From: Felis catus
Taxonomy: Eukaryota
Length of the DNA stretch: 64,000 nt
NCBI RefSeq assembly: GCF_018350175.1
Contig: NC_058368.1
Span: 46,440,001 to 46,504,000, forward strand
Direction of reading: 5' to 3'
In this document: positions 52,437-64,000 of the stretch, in pieces
Layout: each line of letters starts with the position of its first letter
How positions within the stretch are numbered: the first letter of the stretch is position 1
The notes under the pieces: generated by a model
Told to the model about the DNA's origin: nothing
The model's database searches: none
Seen by the model: only the letters and a program-made list of their open reading frames with translations
Position numbers and translations under genes: made by a program

Positions 52437-52643
52437 TTATTTATTTTTTTCAAGTTTATTTATTTTGAGAAAGAGAGAGAGAGAGGGAGGGGCAAAGAGA
52501 GAGAGAGAGAGGGAGAAACTCAAGCAGACTCTCGCTGTCAATGCAGAGGCCAAGGTGCAGCCCAATCCCCCCAGCTGTGAGACCATGATCTGAACCGAAA
52601 TCAAGAGTCGGACGCTTAACTGACTGAGCCACCCAGGCACCCC
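52437..52643 (-). mobile_element. Can-SINE
   Basis: Ends gagccacccaggcacccc. Confidence 0.93.
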
Positions 52644-55600
52644 TAAAAGGTGTTACTTTTTTAATTACATGAATATCTCTCATCTATATGGAATTATAAA
52701 TAGTCTGCTTAATGATGTTATAATATACCCCAAGACCACATTTGTCTATAGGGAGATAGACAAGAAAGAAAATTTAAAAAATAGTACCTGACTTCAACAA
52801 GCCTATAATTCTTGAATTTGAAAAAATTCTGTGTAGATAAATTAATGAATTGATTGGTTTTATTTTTTTTAATATACTTCACCTTATGTATTCCATTTCA
52901 AGGCCTTCCCTTCTTTGACATATTTCAAAGAAAAAGTTCCCCGTAAATGGAAACACTGGAAGGAGTTGAAGGAGTTGCACAGAAAGACCCAAAGATAAGT
53001 GGGAACCAGAACTATGGAGCCTAAATGTGAATTGCAAGCATGAGGTAGTGTGTATGTGTGTGGTGAGTGGGATGGGAGTGTTACAAGAAAAATGGGTGGG
53101 AAAGTAAACAAAAGCTAATCATAAAGGATCTTGAAAGTCACACTAAGGGATTTAAATTTTTGAACCACTCATATATGAAAGATATTGAATTGTTCAAATA
53201 ACAAAACAATGTTTTGAATAAATATCATTTTAAGGGTGTCAGGTTGAAAAACACATGACAGAGTACTTAAAAAAGCCTTCTACATTTCTTTCCCTGCCTC
53301 TTCTTCCTATCAATTCTTATTTAAAAAAATAGAATAAATGAATCCACTGGAATATCTGCAATACAAACAATTTCCTTAAAAATTATATTGGGTCTTGAGA
53401 GTCTTTGGAAGAAACTCTAAGCTGACTTCTGGGGTAAATGATGGAAAACTTAAAATATTTTTTAACCAGTCCGTATTAGAGCCGTTTATTGCACCGGAAC
53501 AGGAATGAATCAAACAATTCCCCTAGACAGATATTTAGATAAAAGTAAATAATTATATCCCTTTATTGATGGAGAAAAATGACTCTAAGAGAGTGGTTTC
53601 AAGGCCACTGAAGTTAAGCAACATATACTTAGGTCACATACAAGGCTGGATCCTTGAAAACACATTAGATTTATTTCTAACTCTTCCTGCACTGGGAAAA
53701 TCTGGCCAATAATAAATTCAGAATACACAGTAATAAAGAGCAGGAAAATAACATTAAAAATAAGTATCAATCCTTAAACTGTAACAGGAGGAATGTAGAT
53801 GAGATATGAAAAAATAGTTCTTCCTCTCATTAGGGCAGTTAAACATTAGAATAGGTTATCAGGTAAAGTCTCTGTAGACTCTTCTCTTCAAGGTTTTTAA
53901 CATCAGGGATGCAGCCATTTATCTTGAATCGTTAAGGTAAGTCCTGTCTGCAGGCAGGTGAAGGACTAAATGACCTCTGAGTTCATAAGTCATAAGTTAC
54001 TTGTTACCAGCCGCCCGATTCTAATCTTCAGGCAGGGTTTGTGTGGGCTTTTTTTTTTTTAATTCAGAAGTGACAATTAGCAATGTTACCTGCTACAAAT
54101 TAAATATTTTCTAATTTTAACACATGAAGAAATTGTATTGAAAGTGTGTGGATCACAGATGAAGATCACCGTTTGTAAATATAGCCAGAATTAAGTTTTA
54201 GAGAAACTATCCCTTAGGTTCTAAAAGAATAAGCATTATAGAGACAACTTAAAATTTTGTCATTTGGGATGAGATTGGAAATACGAACAGGCATTTATGA
54301 GAAGAGTGCAGGAATGTTATTCTTGAATAGTATGATAAAATTTATATGAGAAATGTTTATGGTACTTTCTACATTGTGATTAATTTAAACAGATACTTAA
54401 ATCTCTCCTTTCCTTCATTGCTCTCCATCTAGATCATGAAAAAGTTCAATCCTGTTAGGCACAGATGACTTCAAGGAAAATAAATTATGTTAATCAAAAC
54501 AGCAAAGGATCAATAAACAAATGAGCACACAGCACAGATAGTGTCATTCCAAAAGGTACAAAGATTCATCTTACTCTGTTATCATGATTCTATGTAACTC
54601 CTTCTCTTCATTTCTCACCTCTGGAAACCAAGCATTGTCATGCATGACAGGTAAAAAATAAAACGGTATTTTTAGTGCAACACATAACTTCTAAAGTGAA
54701 CCATAACATCTTTACTTGAAGAAAGATCTAATATATACACTGTGTGTACATACATACTTTTCAATCATGTGAATATATGCTGCAAAATGTTTTTTTTTGA
54801 AAAAAACTTTTTCCTTAGAATTTCCATTTGAAAACTTTCTTTTTTTAAATAAAAATTTGTTTTAAAAAATGAAATGTGGACAATTAGACTGACACGTCAT
54901 CAGGCAGTGGTTATGTCTTGGTTATACAGATAACATTTCATAATACAGGTATTCGAAAAACTTCATTGTTAAAATGAAAGAACAGACCCAACTGCATTGC
55001 TTTAATGCAAGATTTTACAGGTTCAGAGAACAAAATGTGCAATAAACTCTATTGCATTGACCTTCCTCAGAAATAACACTTGTAAATATTTTTAGAACAA
55101 AATTCCCACAATTTGCAAATACAGCCTAAACTTGGGAAATGAATTTTTACCTATATTCAAAAGATACTCAAAGGCTGCTCCAAGTGAGATCATGTTGGTC
55201 CTTACATATCACAATTCTTACCATTTAAGGTAAACAAAAAATTTTTAATGAAAATGTTGCTTTGGTTTACAGCCAGAATAGAATAATAAATTATAATCTC
55301 CCTCTCTAAGTTAAAATAACACTTTATTTCAATAAATTTAATCAAAGTTAAATTACTTTTAAGAAGTTATGCCCTTTGCCCTCCAAAACCAACAAACCTT
55401 TCATACCATAGCAACCTTACAAATTTTTAATTTTTTACTGAGAAAAAATATAAATAATGCTTTAAGTAAAATTAAACTAAACACTTCATGCAAGGACACC
55501 ATCAGTCATTGGATATATCTGGAGATCACCTACAAGTGATAAGAAAGTATATTCTGCCTTGTATTCATTATAGATTAGTAGAAGTTTTAATTTTCTGGGT

Positions 55601-57589
55601 TGCAATGTTTAATTGACAAAAACAAAAAGAACACAGTAAAGGACTCATGGCAGTGACCGGTCAGAGACTTAAGATTTCTTCTTTTCTTCTTCTTTTTTTT
55701 TCCCCTTTCTGTTTTGTAACCATGGTAAAACAATAGAAGTGAACTTTCCCTGAACTTTTCTCTTTAAAGGCCTGGGTCCACATTGACCCAGCAGGGCAAG
55801 CTGGAACCTGATACTATCAACCCGAGGGCTGCTAAAGCAATCAGGTTCAACAACAACCATATATGTTCCCTAATGTCATTTTGCCACAAAGCCAAAGCAA
55901 AAGCAAGCTATTTCTAGTAAAGAATGTCTTTCTATTGTTTCAGAGATTAATTCAATAGTCTAAACTTGCATAAAACATGGACTAAATGGTAGACTACAGA
56001 AATATATTGTTGCTCTCTTATACTTATATCAATACCAAAGTTTATTTGTAGATAAGTCCCAATATTGCAAGAAAATAAAAGCTCCTAGAAGGATTATTAA
56101 TGAACAGATGACTTAAATCTTTATTGTTTTGGGTTACCTTACATTTAACTAACTCATTTTGCATAATTCTCATGGTAACCTGTTTTAAAAGGTAACACTG
56201 CTTAAGAAATATTTTTCCTATTTTTCTACAGGCAATTAAGGTAAGAAAACATAATGCACTAAATCCACCAATTAAGATATTTGTTATTTCTAAAACCATC
56301 ATATGATAAATAAGAATTAGGTGGACTATAATAACACTATTTCCACCTCTTTTATTCAAAGGAGTGTTGGCATTTCTGTTCTAAATCCAGTTTTCAAAAA
56401 TTTACAATTGTATAACAAATTATTTTTTAAAATTGTGAGTATATCCAGAAACAAGAGAGAAATATAATTTCTAATATTCACAAATAAGCATTTTGAAAAT
56501 CATTCAGGTTCAGCCTTTCTCATCTCTTAATGTTAAATTACAGCATTAAAAAATTTAGTAAGGATGATGTAATAACAAGGAGAAGTTATTTTATCATTAC
56601 ATGACACGCTCTCAAATGTCTATATAAATACTTAAAATAAATAGCATATATATCACATATTAACTATTATCAATTACTTTCAATTGCTAAGAGCAATGCT
56701 TAAATAGATGCTCAGTTATATGATTTCCTCCTGAATATATCCCCTATGGGCTTTATAGAACACTTTAATAGAAACAGTTTCAATGGTTCCAGTAGTAGCG
56801 ATTGTATCACGTGGATGAGGTCTTTGTTATAGTTAACAATAGGTCGTAGCATATCAATGAGAAGGAACCAGAATTGTACCCAACACATAATAGGAGTTCA
56901 AAAAAATATTAACTGAGTGAAGAAATAGAGACAGTTCCAGAAAATCCAGGACATTAGCCACTATAAAAACAATTGTCCTTAAAATGGTAATTTTCCAGAA
57001 TAATATAAAAAGATAGCCCTTTTTTGAAAAGTAAAACCATGTTTAAAACAACTTTCTTTTTTTTTTTTTGATACATCAGTTCAAGTAAGTCAATTATGAG
57101 TCACCATTCCCTTGGGTAGGTGAATGCATTTAGGTATAGTAGTGTATATATTTTACAGATGGCTAGACTAAATACAGACAATAAGAGATCTTGTCCCAAT
57201 TTATTAAATATATATGGGATTCCTTATGAAAACTCAAGTTTAATATTTCATCCAACTCTCCTTAGACTGACTTTCCAAGTAATAATATGAATAATATCAC
57301 TAAATGTGCAGGTTTCAATCTAAATTGACTTTTAAGTCTGTCTTTAATACTTACAACAAATATATAGGGTATCAATGAGGGACATTAAAATTTTAAATGT
57401 GTACTATAACATAGAAGGGATAGAAAGAAGAACATGGAACCAAGAAATAAAATAGGCAGAGGGACTACCAGCCTAACGATTACCCAGCTGTTGAGGTTTT
57501 GATGGTGGGTTCATTGATTCTCTCTTCCCCCAGTTGGAGAACATAAGAAGGTAAGACTGAGTTTACTGATGAAGAAGGGAAAGTTAACA

Positions 57590-57960
57590 TAAGTGGGATA
57601 CTCACTGTGTACCAGATGAGTAGCATATCTCATCGCACTTAAATTCCAACAGTCCTAGAAGGCAGATATTAATATCTCCATTTCTTAGATGAGAGCTGAG
57701 TGGCCCAACAACATGACTCATGAATTTCAGATCTTTGTGTCAGACCCATGTATCTCTGATTTCAAAGCCTGTGTTTATTCCATTATAACATGGTGCCTCT
57801 GAATAAGAGACAATAGATCATTTGGCCATGGATCAAAAGACAAAAGTTATCACTTAGTAGATGTGTAACCTTGGCAAGCCACTTAACGCTCATTTGGAAT
57901 CCACATATCCCCTTCATTAACATGTTCAAGGGATGTTAGAACAGATAAAATTTTTAAATG
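57590..57960. mobile_element. MIR remnants
   Basis: ctccatttcttagatgag...tctgatttcaaagcc; gtgtaaccttggcaagccacttaac. Confidence 0.55.
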
Positions 57961-58103
57961 TGAAGTAAACTCATCAACGAAGCCAATATTATCATGACAT
58001 GGCTAATAAGAATATGAACCGTGAAAGCAAAGGAACAAGATAATTCAGTGTGTTCTGTGATTTCTAAGAGTATATTCTCCCAATTTAAAAATGGGGTTTT
58101 CTA

Positions 58104-58330
58104 GGGGCGCCTGAGTGGTTCAGGTGGTTAAGGAACCAACCGTTGATTTCAGTTTGGGCTCAGGTCATAATCTCATGATTTGGATTTGAGATCAAGCTCT
58201 GCTGCATCAGGCTCTGTGCTGACAGTGCAAAGCCTGCTTGGCTTTCTCTCTCCCTCTTTCTTTCCCTCTGCCACACATGTGTGCATACATGCTCTCTCTG
58301 TCACTCAAAAGAAATAGACATTTTTTAAAA
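58104..58330 (+). mobile_element. Can-SINE
   Basis: ggggcgcctgagtgg head and typical core. Confidence 0.9.
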
Positions 58331-58779
58331 ATAGAGTTTCCTATGTTTGTGCCACAATCTTCACCCCATTTCTACTTTAATGTTACTGTTCTTCCTCGTA
58401 CCCTGCCTGATTTCACTCAGTAAAGGCATTATACAGGAATTTTAATAGCTGTCAATACCTACGTGTTGATGAATATGTAGTATATAAAGAAGACTATTTT
58501 CCCATTAGAAAAGGATATTCAGTAGGCTATATAAGGGACAACTTTTGGTCTAGTGGGAGAATTGATGGACTCCAAAGAATAAATTTCTTGGTTGTTTTTT
58601 CATGAAAAGGCAACAAAAATTTTAGTTCTTAGACCTAAAAACTTGTACCTCATAATAATTTCTAGATCAGCTTAAAAATGAAATTGATGTCTACTTCATC
58701 AATGATTAAAACACACTTCTGGGAAATTGGAAATGGTGTTTTCCCCTTTCTCAAGGTCCAAACCCATCTTTCCATTGGT

Positions 58780-59620
58780 CTACAGAACATCTGGATAGTT
58801 CACAAGCACTTCAAATTCAACATGTCGAAATAAACTTCTTTCCTTTCACCCTAAACCTGCATTTCATTACCTACTGAAGCCCCTATATCTGTTAATAAAC
58901 CACCATGTGTACCATCACCCAAAGCCCGATCCAGGGATCATCGTAATTCCTCCCTCCTCCTTTAGTATACTTTCTACTTCTCAACTCAATGGTCACCAGC
59001 TTCTATTGATGCTACCTATGATATTTCTCAATTCACTCTCTTCTTCAGTCACATTGCTTCTGCCTTATCTCAGACCCTTCCCCTTCTGCTCCTGTAGTGT
59101 ACAGACCTAGATGTGGTCTACACAGTAATAGCATTCCAGCCCCTTCGGTGCACTCTGCAAATCTTCCAAAGCTCACCAAATTTCTTATCATAGCCTACAA
59201 GACCCTTTAAGATCTAATGCCTCAATTCCTTTCCAGTATAATATCTCAAAACTTTCCCACCCTCACTCAGTACCTAATTACTTTCATATATCCATGCTTT
59301 ACAGATGCTAATCCTTCTGCCAGGAATGCCCTTTCCTTCAATTGTCCATAGGAGAAACCCTAGGCCAATTCACACCAATTTCTTCCCTAATCGCCCCACG
59401 TGCATGCATATGGCTCACCAGCTTCCATCCACTTCCCAAATACCATGGACTCGATTATAATATTTGCCATGTTAATATAATAATCTATATATCATTTCTG
59501 ACTCGTCACACAAAGCATTTGAATGCAATAACTATTTTCTATTTATTTCCATTTTTCCAGAATTTAACACAGTCTAGTTACTAGCAGGAAATTAATACTA
59601 TATTTTCTGAATGAATTAAC
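58780..59620 (+). mobile_element. L2 3' remnant
   Basis: cacttcaaattcaacatgtc, atagcctacaagaccct, ctgccaggaatgccctt, tgaatgaat end. Confidence 0.65.
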
Positions 59621-60216
59621 TGAAGAAGGAACAAAGTAATAATTTCAAAAAGTATATATTATGCATTAAGTTACTGGAAAAATAGTAAAATACAGTAACC
59701 ATTTTTCTGGAAAGAACCATTCTTCATGAAATTAAGAGACAGAAAACATTAAGGATTTACCTAAAAAGATTATTTTATTGAATAATAAGTATATATGTAA
59801 TGCCTACCATATTTAAAATATAAAATAAACGAAAGCAAAACAACACAGAATGTTATATGCTACAAAAAAAATTTAGTTTAAAAACTCTTTTAACTGTCAA
59901 TCAAATAATACAAAATATTAAGTCATCATTGCCCTTTAAAATCCTTTCAACAAGAATTCCCTAATTGTACTTTCACTTTATCTCACTGTACCAGTAAGTA
60001 AATAAATTAACAAAATAGCTTTTATCACACAGAATAACCTTTTAACTGAGGGATTATCTCTGGTTTATTTTTCATTTCTTTCACTGCAGATAGCAGTTCA
60101 TGCCTCATTGATTAGTTTGCTAAGGTGGTGACCAGAAATGAAAACACAGTCTCCCAGATATTGCAAGGACCTGGGTGTGTAATCACCCACACGCACATGC
60201 ACAAAAGCATAGAGCA

Positions 60217-60218
<2 letters not shown>

Positions 60219-60257
<39 letters not shown>
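60219..60257. repeat. (CA)n microsatellite
   Basis: Direct observation. Confidence 0.97.
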
Positions 60258-60258
<1 letters not shown>

Positions 60259-63200
60259 TCATTCTACGCCTCTATGCCTGGCATTTAGTTTCTAAGAAAC
60301 CAAAAGGCAGGTATTATAAATACTTCATTTCTATCTGCCCATGCTCACATATAACTCCGTCTCTGAGATCTACTTCTCACAAATACTTTTTTATGAAGTT
60401 GTACTTAAGTTTTTTATTTAACCGTTATTTAAACTGCTCATTTCAGAGCAACTTTCAGGGAAGAGGAATGTAAAGACAACAATCTAGTTTCCTCCAGATT
60501 CCTGCTGTTTCTGAATGTGGTGTTTGGGATATCTTTGAATGCACCTACACTTGCGACTTGTCATATTGATCACTAAGCTCATCATTTCCAGTCAGATCTT
60601 TAGGTCGAACGTCCCTTTCCTTTATTCAGCCAAAAATATCTGAAATCATCAATGCAAAAGAAATTTAAACAAAAAGAAATCACAGAAACCAAGTTTGACA
60701 GTAAGTGGTAGAGTAATCGGAACCAGGGGGAGTAAGCCATTCTGACCTGGCCTTCTGCCGCTCAGGACTGTTGAATTCTGTGCCCTGATGTTTAAAAAAA
60801 AAAAAAAAAAAAAAGTCATCGATCACCTAGCATACACCAGGAGAGAATAAACACAAGTTTGAAGAGTTCAAAACCCAGAACAAAAGAAGAGGAAAGAGAT
60901 GATACAGATTCACATGACAAATGAATGCTTTGAAAAGAGATCAGAACAGAACAGAAATTTTAAAACATTTTACAAAGGGTAACCGAATAAAAGATTAAGT
61001 TTATTCTTTCCACTTCTGAGCTTAAAAATAAAATGAAGAGTATTTTGGCCAGACAGAAGGAAAAGAGTTACAACTTATTCGATTTATCAAGGATACTATA
61101 AAACAGACATTGGCATTGGTACAGGTCTTAGCTCATTCACTGCTGAGGACTCTTTCCAATCTGAAATTCTGTTACTCCCTTCACCATAGCCCACTCTCCA
61201 TCTCCTAGCCCAGTTGGCTATATATTCAAATCTATAGTTTCTTTTTCACTTCATTTCCTATTTTTTTAATTGGGTGCTTGTTTCCTTAGGCTTTTATGTT
61301 ACCTGATAACTGGCTGTTCTGCCAAAATTCCCAAGGACTATCTCTCTTACCCGTTTGCTTTTAGTATAAAGATCATCAGGCAAGATGATTTTAAGAAATA
61401 GCCAAAGCAAGCTTTAGTTCAAGTCCTGCGTCTCCACTTAGCGGAGCTTTCTTTCTTGTTAATGATCGGCCCCCTCCCATTGATATTTAAACCCATCACC
61501 TCCCCATCCACACTTCTCAGTATTTTGCTTTCAACAAATCAACCAAACCCTGCAGAATTTAATTGATAATTAAGGTTAAAAGCTTAAATTATGAGCATTT
61601 GCATTTAAAAGAGGCTCCTTCTTCTGTGTGAATGCAACCTCTACCGCTATTTCTTAAGAAGAAAAATAAATGAAACCTTTGAAGGCCACCTTTGAAAGGT
61701 TGCCTTTGACCTAATATTAGAATGGCTTGCTTCATCATAGGATTTGGCGCTCAAGGAACGTCACAGTTCCCATATCTTAGTGCACTGTCTCCACTCCTCT
61801 TCTTTAGGTCTTTCAGCCCCTTTACAAACTTCATACCCAAATTCTCACCAACTGATGATATCTGAGTTCATATTACAATTTCATGCATATATAAAAGACA
61901 CACAAAAATTACTTGTTGCACTGGAGTTAAATGCATAGATATCTTCCAGAAGTCAAAACTGCCTGATATTTTCTGTTCTGTCCTCACATCCTCCACACTT
62001 CATATGTATTGTGCCATCATCGGTATTTTCCTCTTGGGTAAGGGAAGAGGTAATAGCTATTCTTCTATCAAAAACGGATTTAAAAAGTGACCACCCCAGG
62101 AAGCATCACTGAATTATATTGACTGCTGCACTTTTATTTCTGTATTTGTCTTTGCTCTTATTCATTCATTCAACATTTGCTAAAATGTGTGTCCTGGGGA
62201 AGGTGCTGGGCAGAGAAAGACAAAAAATAAATAGATAAATAGGCTATTTAAAATGGTGCCTTTAGAGTAGATAGGAAAGACTTCTCTAAGAAAGTGAGGT
62301 TTGAATACTAGTATATTAATATATATTCCCAGCTATGGGACTAAAAGAGGAAAGTGTTCCAGCAAATGGATACTTGAATGCAAAGGACTTTACATGGAAC
62401 AACGCTGGTCTGATCAGGAAACCAAAGGAAAGCCAGTATGACTAGAATCAGTATGTAGAGGGGAGAAGAGAAAGCGATAAACTCTGAGAGGCTGGCAGTA
62501 TAAAAAGTTTGGGTTTCTATTGACCTATCAATAATATTTATTTGTGTGCTCTCTTATTAAGTCTTAAATCTTTTCCTCTGCACAGCACGCTTTTCCATTC
62601 TCCAAATATGATATATTCTCTCTCTCAGGCAAAAGACACACCTTGCTGCCCTATTTTCAGCCACAATGTCTAGTTCAAGGCTCAGCTCAAAATCATGTTT
62701 AACAAATGTGTTTGACTAAGTAAATTAGAATGTAATATAAATGGAAACCATTCATTTAAAATTCCAAAGCACTCCACAATGTTTAAGTTTTCAGATTCTA
62801 TAAAGAATACTATCTGTATTTTAATGAAATATGAATCCTTTGCCTGCTAACTACTCCTTGATGTAAGGATTACAGCACAGCCAAAGGTACATTACACAAA
62901 TGTCTATATTTAGTCTTCCTTTGTCAATGCTTTGCTATCCATGTAAAAGATCAAGATCAACATAAAGGTAATAAAGTGATACATAATAGCACACGGTTAT
63001 GTTCTCTGTACTTTACTTATCAGTTCTAAGATGTCTTTATCAAAAGGTTCACTTTCCTTCAGTAGTGAGTTTATATCAGGCTGTTTCCCCCCACCACACC
63101 TGTCAGAATGTTCCTACACCCAGATAAATGTAACTGCTATTAGATACTGAAAGGAAAATGTAAATCTGCTTTATATAATGTATTTCTCTTGATGATCCAC

Positions 63201-64000
63201 AGCTACTTCCTGTTATAAATAACTGTACAGTGAATAATAATAGTAACACTGGTTGGAAACACTAAGAAAAAGTAAACTATGGATATTTAAGAAACAAATC
63301 CACCACACACCCTCACATGATGAAAGTAAAACTCGATTTCCAAATTGGCAAGTGATAAAATATGATTTCACTGTACTATAAATGTTCGGATACTAGGCCT
63401 GGTGCCCTTGTAATACATTTGCCTAATACCACAGTAAATTCTTTCATTGTTTTTCCCCAACTAGGATGACAACCATCTAACCTACATAATATTAAGCAGA
63501 CATTTAGTTCCACTGATGTGAACAGCCAAGAGATTAATGCTGACAGAGCTAAATTACACAAGAGTCAAAAAGTGTGATCCAACAATACAATTATAATTAT
63601 CACTAGGGGAGGTAAAAGATGAACATATTTTCATCTACGAAGGGCTCTGTATTAAAGGGCCAAACACTTAAATGCCACTTACACTCATTTGGTAACTAGG
63701 GGTATTCCAAATTCTATAATTGTATGACTTTGCATACATTAAAAGCAGCTTGGTATTAAAGGCTTCTTATATCAATTTTACAATTAAGGGTCAATCTCTA
63801 CTTTTCATTTTCAACCACTATTTCAAAGGAACCAAAGTAATGACCAGAGTCATATGAAGATTAAAAAAGAACTACTTACTTTCTCCCAATTTTGTTTCAC
63901 TAAACCTGCAGTGCAATCAATAATTTTTAACTTAGATTGCTATTTTGTGATATCTAAAAATAAGTCAGAAATTCTGACAAATTTTTCTTCTTTAATTTTT

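Larger units (their letters stand above)
24869..64000 (-). other. DACH1: DACH1 intron upstream of exon 2 (intron 1, partial)
   Basis: Precedes the AG acceptor at 24869-24870. No CpG island or exon 1 in the window, consistent with the known very large first intron. Confidence 0.85.

Noticed and set aside
60700..60814. Possible small-RNA retrocopy ending in a poly(A) run
   Set aside because: No clear TSD or recognisable RNA; more likely a decayed MIR-like remnant plus a homopolymer.
1641..63561. All ORFs in the supplied six-frame track
   Set aside because: They are short (60-124 aa). Many are translations of microsatellites or SINE/L1 sequence, and none resembles a known protein.
1..64000. 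A novel multi-gene system
   Set aside because: No operon-like, viral or enzyme-coding content; the window is explained as DACH1 introns plus repeats.

Overview
AT-rich mammalian DNA, almost certainly from a felid (many SINEC_Fc-type Can-SINEs and a feline-type L1 3' end). The window lies inside the DACH1 (Dachshund homolog 1) gene on the minus strand. The only coding sequence I can support is one 116-bp internal exon (24753-24868, minus; SRPGRPPKRTQSVTSPENSHIMPHSVPGLMSPGIIPPT), which matches DACH1 exon 2 and has canonical AG/GT splice sites. Everything else is intron: about 27 Can-SINEs, L1 3' fragments, MaLR LTRs, a MER44/Tigger7 DNA transposon, old MIR/L2 remnants, microsatellites and several local duplications. 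The supplied ORFs are spurious. I found no convincing novel biological system. The best leads are a palindrome- and POU/homeodomain-motif-dense block beside exon 2 (a probable highly conserved element that may hide a poison exon), inverted SINE pairs, young insertions with perfect target-site duplications (TSDs), and dispersed local duplications. Repeat subfamily names come from recalled consensus sequences, not from a search. Boundaries of old repeats are approximate.
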